A program made the translations under genes and the position numbers. Under the pieces are notes generated by a model that was not told where the DNA came from, ran no database searches, and worked only from the letters and a program-made list of their open reading frames with translations. Below, piece by piece: positions 32,795 through 43,400 of a DNA stretch of 64,000 bases. Origin of the DNA: a virus (taxonomy: Duplodnaviria > Caudoviricetes); the IMG/VR virus record IMGVR_UViG_3300027805_000006. One strand, given 5' to 3'. How positions within the stretch are numbered: position 1 is the stretch's first letter; each line of letters starts with the position of its first letter.

Positions 32795-35700
32795 TTAAGC
32801 AGGAGTAAAGTTGCTGGTGTAAAGGGCTTCAGTTGTTACCTTTAGACCTTGGAGATAACCGTTGAAGTAATCTCCTGCGAGACCTGCATACGTATTCCAA
32901 CCAACGCCCATTTCTTGATTGCCTACAGGGAAAAGGTTAGAGGTCGTTGTTCCTACAGATACACCGTCCTGGTACATCGTAATCGTTGAACCAGACTTAA
33001 CGATTGCTATATGGTACCAGGTGTCAATTGACAGTGAAGGTCCTGTTATTCTGTTTGCGCCATTACCAGAGACAGTGGTTGAGTACAGTCTAAATGTGGA
33101 TAGTCCTACATACACGTTCCACCTGTAGTTTGTCCCAGTTCCAAACTGGAAAATGTGTGGGGTGTTTGCAAGAGAGTTAAAGCGTACCCAGCACTCTACT
33201 GTAAAATCACCACTATACAGGTCTAAGAACCTAGACGATGGAACAGTTAGGTAATCTCCATTTCCGTCAAATGCAACCGTTGTATTTCCACCACGGGTTT
33301 GAACGTTGCTTACCCGTGCATCTCCAAAGGCGGCAATGTTGTTCTTTGTCGTGGAGTCAAACAGACCAGCGTGTCTAAAGTCAAGCGCCAAACTTGTTGC
33401 TGGAGTTATATCAAGAGGTGCTGATGCAGGTCTGAAGTTTCCTTCGTATAGACCAGCGCCACGAATAACTCTAACTGAAGATATGCGACCAGAAGAAGGG
33501 CTTGCTACTGCAACCCCAGCACCTAGTGTCACTGATGTAGCCGACGTGCTAAGTGCCGCACTGCTAACAATAGTTGTGGCTAAAACACCATTTAAGAACA
33601 ACCTAATAGAACCACGAACCCGACAGGCTGTTACGTGATGCCAAACATTTGCTCTTGGTGTGGAAGTTATTACTGTGTTATTTGAGATATCCCAGGATGT
33701 ACCGTTTGATGAGGAATAAAATGCAAGTCCGCCCGTACTATTAACATAAAATAGCCATCCAGGATAGTTCGTGCCATTCCACCCGCATCCCATAACTGCG
33801 GTTGAGTTGGTAATTGTTGCAGGTCCAGGTCTCCACCAGAATTCAATGGTGAAGTCCTCACTTGAGGTAGGAACAAATGCTGTAGAGCCAGTGATTGCAA
33901 GGCTATCACCAGTTCCATCAAAATATGCATTTCCAGCAGACATCATATTTGAATAATTTGACGCTGTGGTGCTTGACGAGGTCTTTGTGAATGGCGTATT
34001 AGGGCGAACACGAGCAGAGTTGAAGAGCCTGATGTAGTGGTTGTTGCGGCTCTCATCAATAACATTTGAAGAACGAGCAGTTAGCAGACTGAGGTTCTTT
34101 GAGTATTGGCTAGCCTGTAGCGGTGAGGAACTTGGAGTAAATGCACCGGTATATGCAACCACTCCTTTTAGAATTCTTATATTTGAAACATGGCCCTTAT
34201 AATAAGCAGCACCTGTAGCACCAATTGTTCCACCAGAGTTGTAGTAGTTGCCTACAGTGGTGTTAATTGCAAGATAGGAACCGGTTGTAGCAGATGTCGC
34301 AGTAGCAACTGATACACCATTTAGATACATGGTAAATGATGAACCATTTCGTGTAACTGCAATGTGATTCCATTGACCAATCTTAACTGCAGTTGAACTT
34401 GTTAATAGTGGGGAACCGGTACTAAGTGGGCCGAACTCAAATACTGGTGTATTGGCGCTCAAGCTTATTAGCCAGCCGCCAGTTGATACACTGGCTTGAT
34501 TCCACTGTCCAACAATTGCCTTATAACCTGCGGCAACTTCAGGTTGTATCCAGCACTCAACAGTAAAGTCACCGCTTAGAATGTTCAGAGCGCTGCTGTG
34601 ATTTACAATAGCGTGCGATGAAGCAGCACTATCAAAGTACCAGGAATTTAGTTTGGTTGTTGGAACTGTAACATTTACTTCTGGCGAACCAGTTGTAGTT
34701 AGCGCAAGGTTGCTTGGGCTCACGTCCTCAATCGCTCTTGATACGCAGGTAAGGAAAGATGTTCCAGGAATTACAGTTGGTGCATCAGTTGGAGGTGTAA
34801 AGTTTTCAGTGTACAGCGCGTATCCCTTAATCGCTCCAACACCATATGCATATCCATTCAAGCCTACACCAACTCTAAATGTTCCTGCAGTGATGTTTGT
34901 TGTAGAAGAAATTTCAGCAGTGGGATATGTTGATGGATTTGCACCACTTCCAAATGTCTGCATTTTTCCGTTTACGAAGAACCGTAGAATGCCTCCAGCT
35001 CTAGTTAGCGCGATGTGCGTCCAGGTATTCAGCATATCTGTCTGAAGAAGCGGCGTACTGTAGCACGTTGCAGTAGATGATGAGTCGGTAAAGAACTGAA
35101 GTTTGTAACCAAATCCTACGTTTCCAAATCTAAAACCAACAGTCGTACCACTAAACACTGAATCAAATAGTTGTACATAATCAGCAACGTTTGAAGCAAT
35201 ATAGAACCAGCCACCCATTGTAAAGTCGCCAGTTCCAAATGCTGCCGCCGCCGATGAAGCAGCGGTTACACTCGCTGAACCTGGGAAGTAGGTGCTGTAG
35301 TACTCTCCATTTGGACCAGGAACGAAGCCTGATTCATCTAATGTAATCGCAGCATCGCCATTCCGCGTAACTGTAAAGGCATTGGTGCTGCTATCTAAGA
35401 AGTTTTGCTTTCCAACAAGCAATAAACTCGTTCCACCGATAGCAGTTAGATCCGCCGTTGACGGAATAAATGGTGCGGTGTAAACTGCAGTACCCTTTAC
35501 AATTCTGATGTTGGAAAGATATCCATTGTAGTAGTTTGAACCGCCCTGACGCTGACCAATGTTGATGTTCAGGTTGCTGTTGTTGATTACGTTCGTGCTA
35601 ATTACGCTGCTGGTTGCTTCAGGAACACCATTTAGGTACAGCGTTAGAGAAGTACCACTTCTTACAAGGGCTGCGTGGTACCAAGCGCCGGTCTTGAGCG

Positions 35701-38700
35701 CCGTAGTTGAAACTAGATTGATCTGCGATGTGCTGTTGTTGTACGCAACGGTTGCCTGCAGTTTATTTGCTGCAGCAAACAGGAAGGTAAAGGCAGAGTT
35801 TGTATCTGTGCCAGCTGCGCTTTCAAACTGGTTAAGTATCCATTGTGCAGAGATGCTTCGCGTGTTAAACCAGAACTCAACAGTAAAGTTTCCACTTCCA
35901 AAGTTGAAAGCAGTATCATTATCAGGCACAGTTAGGAAGTCACCAGTACCGTCAAATGTAATACTATTTGACACACTAAATGGTGAGAACTGAGTTGTCC
36001 TTGCATCACCTGCTTGTGTTAATGTAAAGTTATTTGAACTGTTGTCCTTAAATGTACCGTCAATACAGGTAAGCAGTGATGTGTTAGATATTGCTGTAAG
36101 ATCTGATGTTGGTGGGGTGAAGTTGGCAGTATAAACTGCTGTTCCCTTTACAATTCTTAGATTTGAAATGTAACCGGGGAAAGGTTCAACATAACTAGCA
36201 CTGTTACGTCTAGCAGCAATGGTAAAAGTATTTGCCGCTTGAAGAGTAATACTTTGTGTAGTTGAACCAACAGAAATGCCGTCAACATAAAGAGTGAAAA
36301 TATTTCCACTTCTTACTGCAGCAAAATGATGCCATCTTCCTGTGCCAATAGTTCCAGATAAAGATACTTGACTGCTTGAGCCATTTGAACTGCAGGCAAA
36401 AATAATTGATGTTGGAGCAACAAGAATTTCCCAACTTGCTGTGCTGGGTGTTGAAGAAGACCAATTATTGACAATTCTACCGGGATTTACTGACGATGTT
36501 TGATATATCCAAGCCTCAACAGTAAAATCACCTGAACCAAACTGTACTGCCGCAGTACCATCTGGAAGTGATAGATAATCTCCAGTACCATCAAAATATA
36601 CACTTCTGTTTGGCGCAACTGGCTGGCTTACCAACGTTGGTGCAAATGGATTGTTTGAATTTAGTGCAACGTTTCCAGTTCTTGTAATTGCAAAGTTGTT
36701 GGTACTTGCATCAGAGAAAGAAGTGCCTTGGCAGGTCAGCAGTGATGTACCAGAAATTGCAGTTAGGGGAGAAGTTGGTGGCGTAAATGCTGCCGTATAA
36801 ACTGCGGTACCCTTTACAATTCTAAAATTGGAAATGCAACCATTGAAATTAAATCCTACAACTTGGTTGTTGCCAATAAGCAAAGGTTGGTCTGACCCCA
36901 AGTTAGATGATACTGTAGCAGAGCCTGCTAATTTTCCGTTTATATATGCATAAACTGTTCCAGAACTACGAACACATGCAATGTGGTTCCAAGAATTCAG
37001 TGTTACTATTTGAGATGTAAAAATATTATTAATGTTAGCGGGGCCATTATAAAATTGTAACTGCAGTGAGCTATTAACTCTCATACTTGTAGCAGATGCA
37101 GTTGGAGCAGTTCTGAAATCAGCTATAGTGCCTGGTCCATTTGCGGGATTTACCGTGGGATAAATCCAGGCTTCTATTGTAAAATCTCCAGTTCCAAGAC
37201 CAAATGCGGTATTTGAAGCAAGTGATAAACCACTTGATCCATCAAACCACACGCTTCTGCTTGTTGGGTATGCTCTTGATGAAGTTGTTTGCTCTGATAC
37301 AGTCGTTGTTGTTAGAGCAAATGGAGAATTTGCAGTAGGTCTTGCATTTCCTGTAGCCGTAATAGTAAAGTTGTTGGTGCTTGCATCAGAGAAAGAAGTA
37401 CCTTGACAGGTAAGCAGTGATGTACCGGAAATTGCAGTTAGAGGAGAAGTTGATGGGGTAAAGGCTGCGGTGTAGAGCGCCGTACCATTTACAATTCGCG
37501 CATTGGAAATATAGCCGGTAAAATCTCCAAAACCACTTGAACCAACCTGAATATTATTGCTGCTTGCTGAACCTGCACTCCCGCCTGCACTATATTCAAC
37601 CCCATTAACATAACCTTTTAATGTACCAGCAGCCGTTTTTGATACAGCAATATGGTACCAGGTATTAAGTCTTAGCGTAGGACCGAAATTATTAGCAGCA
37701 ACGCCCGGGTTTACCCAAGACATTTGCATTGTGTTTTGCAGTCTTAGTTCCCACCCGTTGCTTCCACCTGATCTAGAAAAAATTGGACCACCGTATACCG
37801 TTGGAGGAACAGCAGTTGGATATATCCAGGCTTCTACCGTAAAATCGCCTGAAAGTGAAAATGCCGTTGTTCCTCCAACCGTTAAGTAATCTCCAGTTCC
37901 ATCAAAATATACGCTGCCAGTAGGTATACTTTGAATCTCAGTAGATGTAAATGGGCTGTACCTGAATGTTATTGGGTTGCCAGTTACTGTCAGCGCATTT
38001 CGAACACCGCTCGAGTCATCAAGAATTGACCTGTTGCAAATCAATAAGGATGTTTCAGGGGTTGATGACAGTGCTGACGTTGATGGCGTAAATGCTGATG
38101 TATAAAGAGCAACGCCCTTTACTATTCTTAGATTGGAAATATAGCCAATGAAAGGTCTAAAGTCGCCAGACACAGCAGCAAATCTACCGGCAATTACTGC
38201 TGAGGTCGCGCTATAATTATTGGTGTCAGCATAATCAACACCTTCTTTTACACCATTGATATAAAGGCGAGTTACGCCTGCTTGACGAACTAGGGCAAAA
38301 TGAACCCAAGTTCCAGTATCAAGAGTGGTTGAACTTATTATACGACTTGAGCCATTTACCCACAACTCCAGCTGAGTGGAACTAGATGCTTTTTCAATTA
38401 AAATTTGTGCGCTTGGCTCTGCAGTTCTAAAATCTAGAACTGTAGAGCCATAAGTACTGTCGACTGCATTTAAACCTGTTCTGTTCAACCAAGCTTCAAT
38501 TGTAAAATCACCAGTTCCTAGAGATAATGACTGGTTTGAAACAGATATGTAAGATATGGGATTTCCACTCCTATTGAAAAACCAACTCCAATCACTTCCA
38601 AATGGATTATCAGTTCCCTGCGTAACATCGCCATTTCGTGTAATCAAACCACGATAGTCTATCGATTCATCCAAGAATGAGGTATTAACATCCTTGTTGC

Positions 38701-38806
38701 TTGTTGATGTTGCTAGTTTTAGTGAAACGGTTTTTGCTACCGCGGCGGCAACTGCCTGTGCCACCTGATAAACCTTCGTTATAGAGATGCTTCTAAATCC
38801 AAACAT
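32795..38806 (-). CDS. giant LamG/concanavalin-A-like lectin repeat protein (2003 aa), putative receptor-binding fibre
   Basis: Nine [GS]xDFT[IV]ExW ... W.H.A.vR.G...l.l.G ... G.ISN.RI.KG.A.Y domains joined by FDGTGDYL linkers. Confidence 0.85.
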   Translation of the reverse strand: MFGFRSISITKVYQVAQAVAAAVAKTVSLKLATSTSNKDVNTSFLDESIDYRGLITRNGDVTQGTDNPFGSDWSWFFNRSGNPISYISVSNQSLSLGTGDFTIEAWLNRTGLNAVDSTYGSTVLDFRTAEPSAQILIEKASSSTQLELWVNGSSRIISSTTLDTGTWVHFALVRQAGVTRLYINGVKEGVDYADTNNYSATSAVIAGRFAAVSGDFRPFIGYISNLRIVKGVALYTSAFTPSTSALSSTPETSLLICNRSILDDSSGVRNALTVTGNPITFRYSPFTSTEIQSIPTGSVYFDGTGDYLTVGGTTAFSLSGDFTVEAWIYPTAVPPTVYGGPIFSRSGGSNGWELRLQNTMQMSWVNPGVAANNFGPTLRLNTWYHIAVSKTAAGTLKGYVNGVEYSAGGSAGSASSNNIQVGSSGFGDFTGYISNARIVNGTALYTAAFTPSTSPLTAISGTSLLTCQGTSFSDASTNNFTITATGNARPTANSPFALTTTTVSEQTTSSRAYPTSRSVWFDGSSGLSLASNTAFGLGTGDFTIEAWIYPTVNPANGPGTIADFRTAPTASATSMRVNSSLQLQFYNGPANINNIFTSQIVTLNSWNHIACVRSSGTVYAYINGKLAGSATVSSNLGSDQPLLIGNNQVVGFNFNGCISNFRIVKGTAVYTAAFTPPTSPLTAISGTSLLTCQGTSFSDASTNNFAITRTGNVALNSNNPFAPTLVSQPVAPNRSVYFDGTGDYLSLPDGTAAVQFGSGDFTVEAWIYQTSSVNPGRIVNNWSSSTPSTASWEILVAPTSIIFACSSNGSSSQVSLSGTIGTGRWHHFAAVRSGNIFTLYVDGISVGSTTQSITLQAANTFTIAARRNSASYVEPFPGYISNLRIVKGTAVYTANFTPPTSDLTAISNTSLLTCIDGTFKDNSSNNFTLTQAGDARTTQFSPFSVSNSITFDGTGDFLTVPDNDTAFNFGSGNFTVEFWFNTRSISAQWILNQFESAAGTDTNSAFTFLFAAANKLQATVAYNNSTSQINLVSTTALKTGAWYHAALVRSGTSLTLYLNGVPEATSSVISTNVINNSNLNINIGQRQGGSNYYNGYLSNIRIVKGTAVYTAPFIPSTADLTAIGGTSLLLVGKQNFLDSSTNAFTVTRNGDAAITLDESGFVPGPNGEYYSTYFPGSASVTAASSAAAAFGTGDFTMGGWFYIASNVADYVQLFDSVFSGTTVGFRFGNVGFGYKLQFFTDSSSTATCYSTPLLQTDMLNTWTHIALTRAGGILRFFVNGKMQTFGSGANPSTYPTAEISSTTNITAGTFRVGVGLNGYAYGVGAIKGYALYTENFTPPTDAPTVIPGTSFLTCVSRAIEDVSPSNLALTTTGSPEVNVTVPTTKLNSWYFDSAASSHAIVNHSSALNILSGDFTVECWIQPEVAAGYKAIVGQWNQASVSTGGWLISLSANTPVFEFGPLSTGSPLLTSSTAVKIGQWNHIAVTRNGSSFTMYLNGVSVATATSATTGSYLAINTTVGNYYNSGGTIGATGAAYYKGHVSNIRILKGVVAYTGAFTPSSSPLQASQYSKNLSLLTARSSNVIDESRNNHYIRLFNSARVRPNTPFTKTSSSTTASNYSNMMSAGNAYFDGTGDSLAITGSTAFVPTSSEDFTIEFWWRPGPATITNSTAVMGCGWNGTNYPGWLFYVNSTGGLAFYSSSNGTSWDISNNTVITSTPRANVWHHVTACRVRGSIRLFLNGVLATTIVSSAALSTSATSVTLGAGVAVASPSSGRISSVRVIRGAGLYEGNFRPASAPLDITPATSLALDFRHAGLFDSTTKNNIAAFGDARVSNVQTRGGNTTVAFDGNGDYLTVPSSRFLDLYSGDFTVECWVRFNSLANTPHIFQFGTGTNYRWNVYVGLSTFRLYSTTVSGNGANRITGPSLSIDTWYHIAIVKSGSTITMYQDGVSVGTTTSNLFPVGNQEMGVGWNTYAGLAGDYFNGYLQGLKVTTEALYTSNFTPA

Positions 38807-38832
38807 TTTGACCCCGCTTTACTTCAGTTAGA

Positions 38833-40290
38833 TTAATAGTTTTGACCAGCAACAAAGCCAAACCAGTTTGTACCGCCATCGTACGTCATAAGTGTAATGA
38901 TGTCATATTTTCCAGATGTTGAAGTAAGCGCTGGAGCACCACCGCTTGGCCACTTTACGGAACCTGGCCAATTAATTGTAAATGATCCAGCCCCGCTCTG
39001 AAGAATTACCAGCGACATATTATAGACCCTACCTGAAGTAGGAACGTTTGAGAACGTCAGCGTGGTAATGCTGGTACCAAGAGTAATTGCAAAGTTGTTT
39101 CCTGTTGCGCAGTTAAGCGTTGTGGATGCAGTAGCAGTTACGTTGGTGTTTGTTTCGGTGTATGCTGTACCAAAAATGAGTGATGATGATAGAGTTACTG
39201 AACTTGAGAAGGTTGTAGCATTTGCAACTGTACCACCAGTGAATGTCGCTGGAGCATTTTGCCAGGAAGGGGGAGCATCGCCATTAGAAGTAAGTATCTG
39301 TCCAGCGGTGCCGTATGCTGTACCTGATGTACCAAATGACAGAGCACCAGACCCAGTCATTCTCATACGCTCAATCCAGGTGATTGGTACAGCACCAATG
39401 TTGTGTGTTTGAAATACGATAGAACCTGGATATGGAATGTCTCCACCACCAGAACCGCTGCGTAGATAAAGCGTTGGGCCGGCATTGTTTCCGCCCTGAC
39501 CAACGTTTAGGCTGTCTCCACCCTGCACGTACAGGTCGCCGCCAGCAACTGAACCGCCAGATCTACCGCCCTTGATCATTAGGTGACCACCTCCTTCAGC
39601 GCCCGAAACAGTCAGCATGCCGCCGCTACCGATCACGGTAGAAGCACCACCTGCCAGCGTTAGAACACGTGAGGTATTATTCCAGGTTAGGTTGCTAGAT
39701 CCAGTCAGCAAGTTTGACCCACTTCCATAACCAACATATGAAGCAGTTAAACTGGCTGGCGCAGAACCAGTAAATTGCGCAAAGGTAAGTGCAGTTGTTC
39801 CAACTGTAATTGTACCATTTGTGGTAAGTACCCAGCCAGTGTCAGCGTAGGTAGTACCTTCGGTGACGAACACGAAGTCACCAGCCTTTACCTCTGTAGA
39901 TGGAGCACCATCAAAGTCAGTCGCACGGGTCCAGGAACTTGAAGCAACAACATAGATACCGTTCTGAGAACCAGTGTTTTGGTTCTTAACCAGTACTCTG
40001 TCACCAACTGTTAGAGAAACTCCATCAACTGTCTGTGTTCCAGAAAGAGTGATGTTTGCTGTTGTTGCTGCTCTTACCGCTGGCTTTACATTCAGCGCAT
40101 CAAAACTTACATTTCCAGAGCCAACTGCCTGCCACTCAGCGCCAGAATAGACGTACAGCCCTTCATTGGGGCTGTCTGTTCGATAAAATAACTCACCTGT
40201 TGAAGGAGATGTAGGATTTGAGGTACCGCTTGCAATTGTCAAATTTGAAACTGCAGTACCTTCTGCAAGTGAAAGTCCATCGTAAAGCAT
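38833..40290 (-). CDS. tail fibre/adaptor protein, paralog 3 (485 aa)
   Basis: Shared MLYDGLSLAEGT...VRAATTANITLSG..GDRVLVKNQ...QNGIYV N-terminus; C-terminal VKWPSGGAP...FVAGQNY domain. Confidence 0.8.
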   Translation of the reverse strand: MLYDGLSLAEGTAVSNLTIASGTSNPTSPSTGELFYRTDSPNEGLYVYSGAEWQAVGSGNVSFDALNVKPAVRAATTANITLSGTQTVDGVSLTVGDRVLVKNQNTGSQNGIYVVASSSWTRATDFDGAPSTEVKAGDFVFVTEGTTYADTGWVLTTNGTITVGTTALTFAQFTGSAPASLTASYVGYGSGSNLLTGSSNLTWNNTSRVLTLAGGASTVIGSGGMLTVSGAEGGGHLMIKGGRSGGSVAGGDLYVQGGDSLNVGQGGNNAGPTLYLRSGSGGGDIPYPGSIVFQTHNIGAVPITWIERMRMTGSGALSFGTSGTAYGTAGQILTSNGDAPPSWQNAPATFTGGTVANATTFSSSVTLSSSLIFGTAYTETNTNVTATASTTLNCATGNNFAITLGTSITTLTFSNVPTSGRVYNMSLVILQSGAGSFTINWPGSVKWPSGGAPALTSTSGKYDIITLMTYDGGTNWFGFVAGQNY

Positions 40291-40343
40291 AGTGTTCTCC
40301 TAGACAATAGTCGTTGTACAGTATTTATGAAAAACGTATATGG

Positions 40344-40370
40344 GCAGGGGAAATATTATATTTCCCCTGC
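40344..40370. terminator. 12-bp stem hairpin after the 1612-aa gene
   Basis: GCAGGGGAAATA-TTA-TATTTCCCCTGC, followed by a CATAAATA promoter at 40322-40329. Confidence 0.55.
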
Positions 40371-40414
40371 GTGTTATATGACTATCGTTTTAGATATCAG
40401 GAAGCGCGTTCTGC

Positions 40415-43400
40415 TTATAATTTGTAGCGAATGATGACGATTCCTGAACCACCATTTCCAGCGGCAACTGCATTTCCACCGCCACCACCGCCACCATTTC
40501 CGGTATTTGCCGCTCCTGATGCTCCAACACCAGTATTTGCACCAGCGCCATTACCACCAGTTGAGTATGTAGTTGCGGTACCATTTATTCTAGAAATTCT
40601 TCCATTACCGCCAGAACCGCCAGTCCCCTGGCCTGGTCCAGTTGAACCATTAGCACCAGCACCACCCCCGCCTCCACCACTACAGAAGGTAGTACCATAT
40701 GTTCCTACACCTGTAGCACCAGAATTTCCTTGTCGAGGAGGTCCAGAAATTCCAGTCCCTGCGGTGCCGCTACCTGCCACTCCACCACCCGAGCCGCCGC
40801 CAGTTGCGTAGGTGACGTTACTGTTGCTACCACCAGCACCGCCTACGGCTCGAATTGAAATTTCACTGCTGGATATAAGTGAATCAACACCCTTTGCACC
40901 TGGATTTCCACCAGCACCACCAGTGCCAACATTGATGTTTAGAGCGCCTGTTTGCGTTATAGTTGCAGTTCCTTGAAGAAATCCTCCTGCCCCCCCGCCG
41001 CCACCTCCAACGTTGAGACCACCTCCACCACCCCCACCTCCACCTCCAACCAGTAGGTACTCAAATTCTCCAGGTGATGTGACTATGAGCGTTCCATTAG
41101 AGGTAAAACTGTGTATCTTGTACCCATCAGCAGTTGTTTCAGTGCCTCCTGTTGCCACCATTGCAGAGATTGGAGTTGCAACTCTAGAGACGTAGAAGTT
41201 GCTTGAGTACTTTCCATAACCCCTATGCACCTTAATGTCATCAAGCACACCAGTAAGTTCAGTGCCAGTAGCAAATGAATTTTCGCCAATTAGAGGACGA
41301 AGCGCTGGTGTAGTATAGTTGTTGGTGTCTGCATAAATTCCCTGCAGGTTTCCATTTACGAACAACCTTGTAGTACCACTTATTCTAGAAAGAGCGATGT
41401 GGTACCAAGCACCTGCAGTGCAAGCGGTAGTGCCAGTTATTCCCTGCGTTGTATTCACCACGAATACAATTTGATTGGAAGCATTTCGGTGCAAACTTAC
41501 ATACTGTCCGTTAGTTTCACTTGGTCTCCAATCTATAAAGGTATATAACGAGTTGCTGATTGTTGGGTAGTGCCAGAACTCTACCGTGAAGTCACCAGTA
41601 CCAAAGGCAGTATTTGCGTTCTGTGTGCCAAAGTAGTCACCAGTACCATCAAAGAAAATTGCTGTCTTTCCAGTCTTTGGATAAGCACCAGAAGATGGTA
41701 GATAAGAGGCAGCAGCATTTCCAACTTTTCTCAAAACTGAATTACCAGTAGTATCAAATACACCAGGTGATGAGAAGTTTAGAAGCAGACTGGTGTTTGC
41801 AATCTTTCCAACTGGAGTAGTAGGAGGAGTAAAGGCAGCAGTATAAACTGCCGTTCCTCTTACGAAGCGTAGATTTGATATATGTCCGCTGAAATATTCA
41901 GTTGCATTATTGTCCCAACGCCTTCCAATATACCAATTGTCTCCATTTGCACCAGTTACACCCCAAGTAGTAGCAGGTGTTGGTGAGCCAGCAGTTACAT
42001 CTACGCCGTTTATGAATATCTTTGTTGTTGAGCCAGTAAACACTGCAGCAACGTGATTCCACTGGTTAAGTGATATTGCTGTCGTAGATACTGCTGCTGT
42101 TACCCAAGAAGTACCATTATAGTATCCAAGCGCAGGAATTAAACCAGTCGTATTGTTTGCTCCAGTTCCATTTGAAAGCGATAGAGTTATTGGGACCGTA
42201 TTTGTTCCAGTTGTAAATTGGTCACTGAAAATAGCACCGCCAGAAGCGGTAGGATAAACCCATGCCTCTATTGTAAATGGAGTAGTTGAGGTTGTAATTG
42301 CAAAGGCTGAAGAGCCTGCAACTGAAAGATAATCTGTGTTACTTGCAGCAAAGAGTCCGCTGCCAACTTGAATGTCTGTTTCGCGCAGCGGGAATGGGCT
42401 AACTTTTCTAACTGCTGCGTTTCCATTTGCTGTAACTGTGAAGTTGTTTGGACTTCCATCTGCTATCTCAGTTCCTTGACAGGTTAGCAGTGATACTGTA
42501 GAAGGAACTAAAGTAACATCTAATGGTGCTACAGGAGGAACAAAGTTTGCAGTATATACTGCTACACCCTTTATAACTCTAAAGTTAGAAATGTATGAAC
42601 TGTTGATTGCGGTTGAACCATCTGCCGCCCCCGCCCCGATAGCAAATGCTGCAGTGTTGTTAGGAACAGTGCCGCCAAGAGTTGTAGAAACACCAGATAC
42701 ACCGTTTACGTATAACTGCCACCCGCCTCCGTTTCTCACCGCAGCAATATGATTCCAGCTATTCAACGCCACTGCAACAGTACTTGCTATGTTGATACTC
42801 CATGAAGTACCATTTACGGTTGCTAATAGACTTGGAAATAGTGTATTAGCACCAAAACCTACTTGCACGCCACCAAACGCTGCATTAGATGCTCTCTTTG
42901 AAAAAAGTGTTTGCGAGTTTGGCGTAGTAAGAGGATAGAACCAGCACTCAATCGTGAAGGAAGCCGCCTCCATATCCAAAGCCGTATTATCTGCAACTGT
43001 AAGATAGTCCCCTGTTCCATCAAAGTAAACAGAGTGTGCAGGTAAAGTCGTCTTTTCACCTGTACTAAAGAACGCATTTCCATTAAATGGTAACACCGTT
43101 CCAGTTGTTGAAATAGAATGTGCATTCGTGCTGTTATCAACTATAGTAGAGTTCTGCAGCGCCAGCAGTGAAGTGCCTGCAACTGCCGATAGGTTTGAGG
43201 TCGATGGTGTAAAGGCAGCAGTATAAACGGCTGAGCCCTTTACAACACGTAGATTTGAGATATACCCATTGAACGGCGTAAAGTATGCTTCACCACCATA
43301 TCCAAGGTATGTTGCCTGGTTTGTAAATGTTATAACGGTATCATTTGAACCAGTACCACTTGCAACACCATTTATATACCAAGTCCAGGTAGTTGAGTTT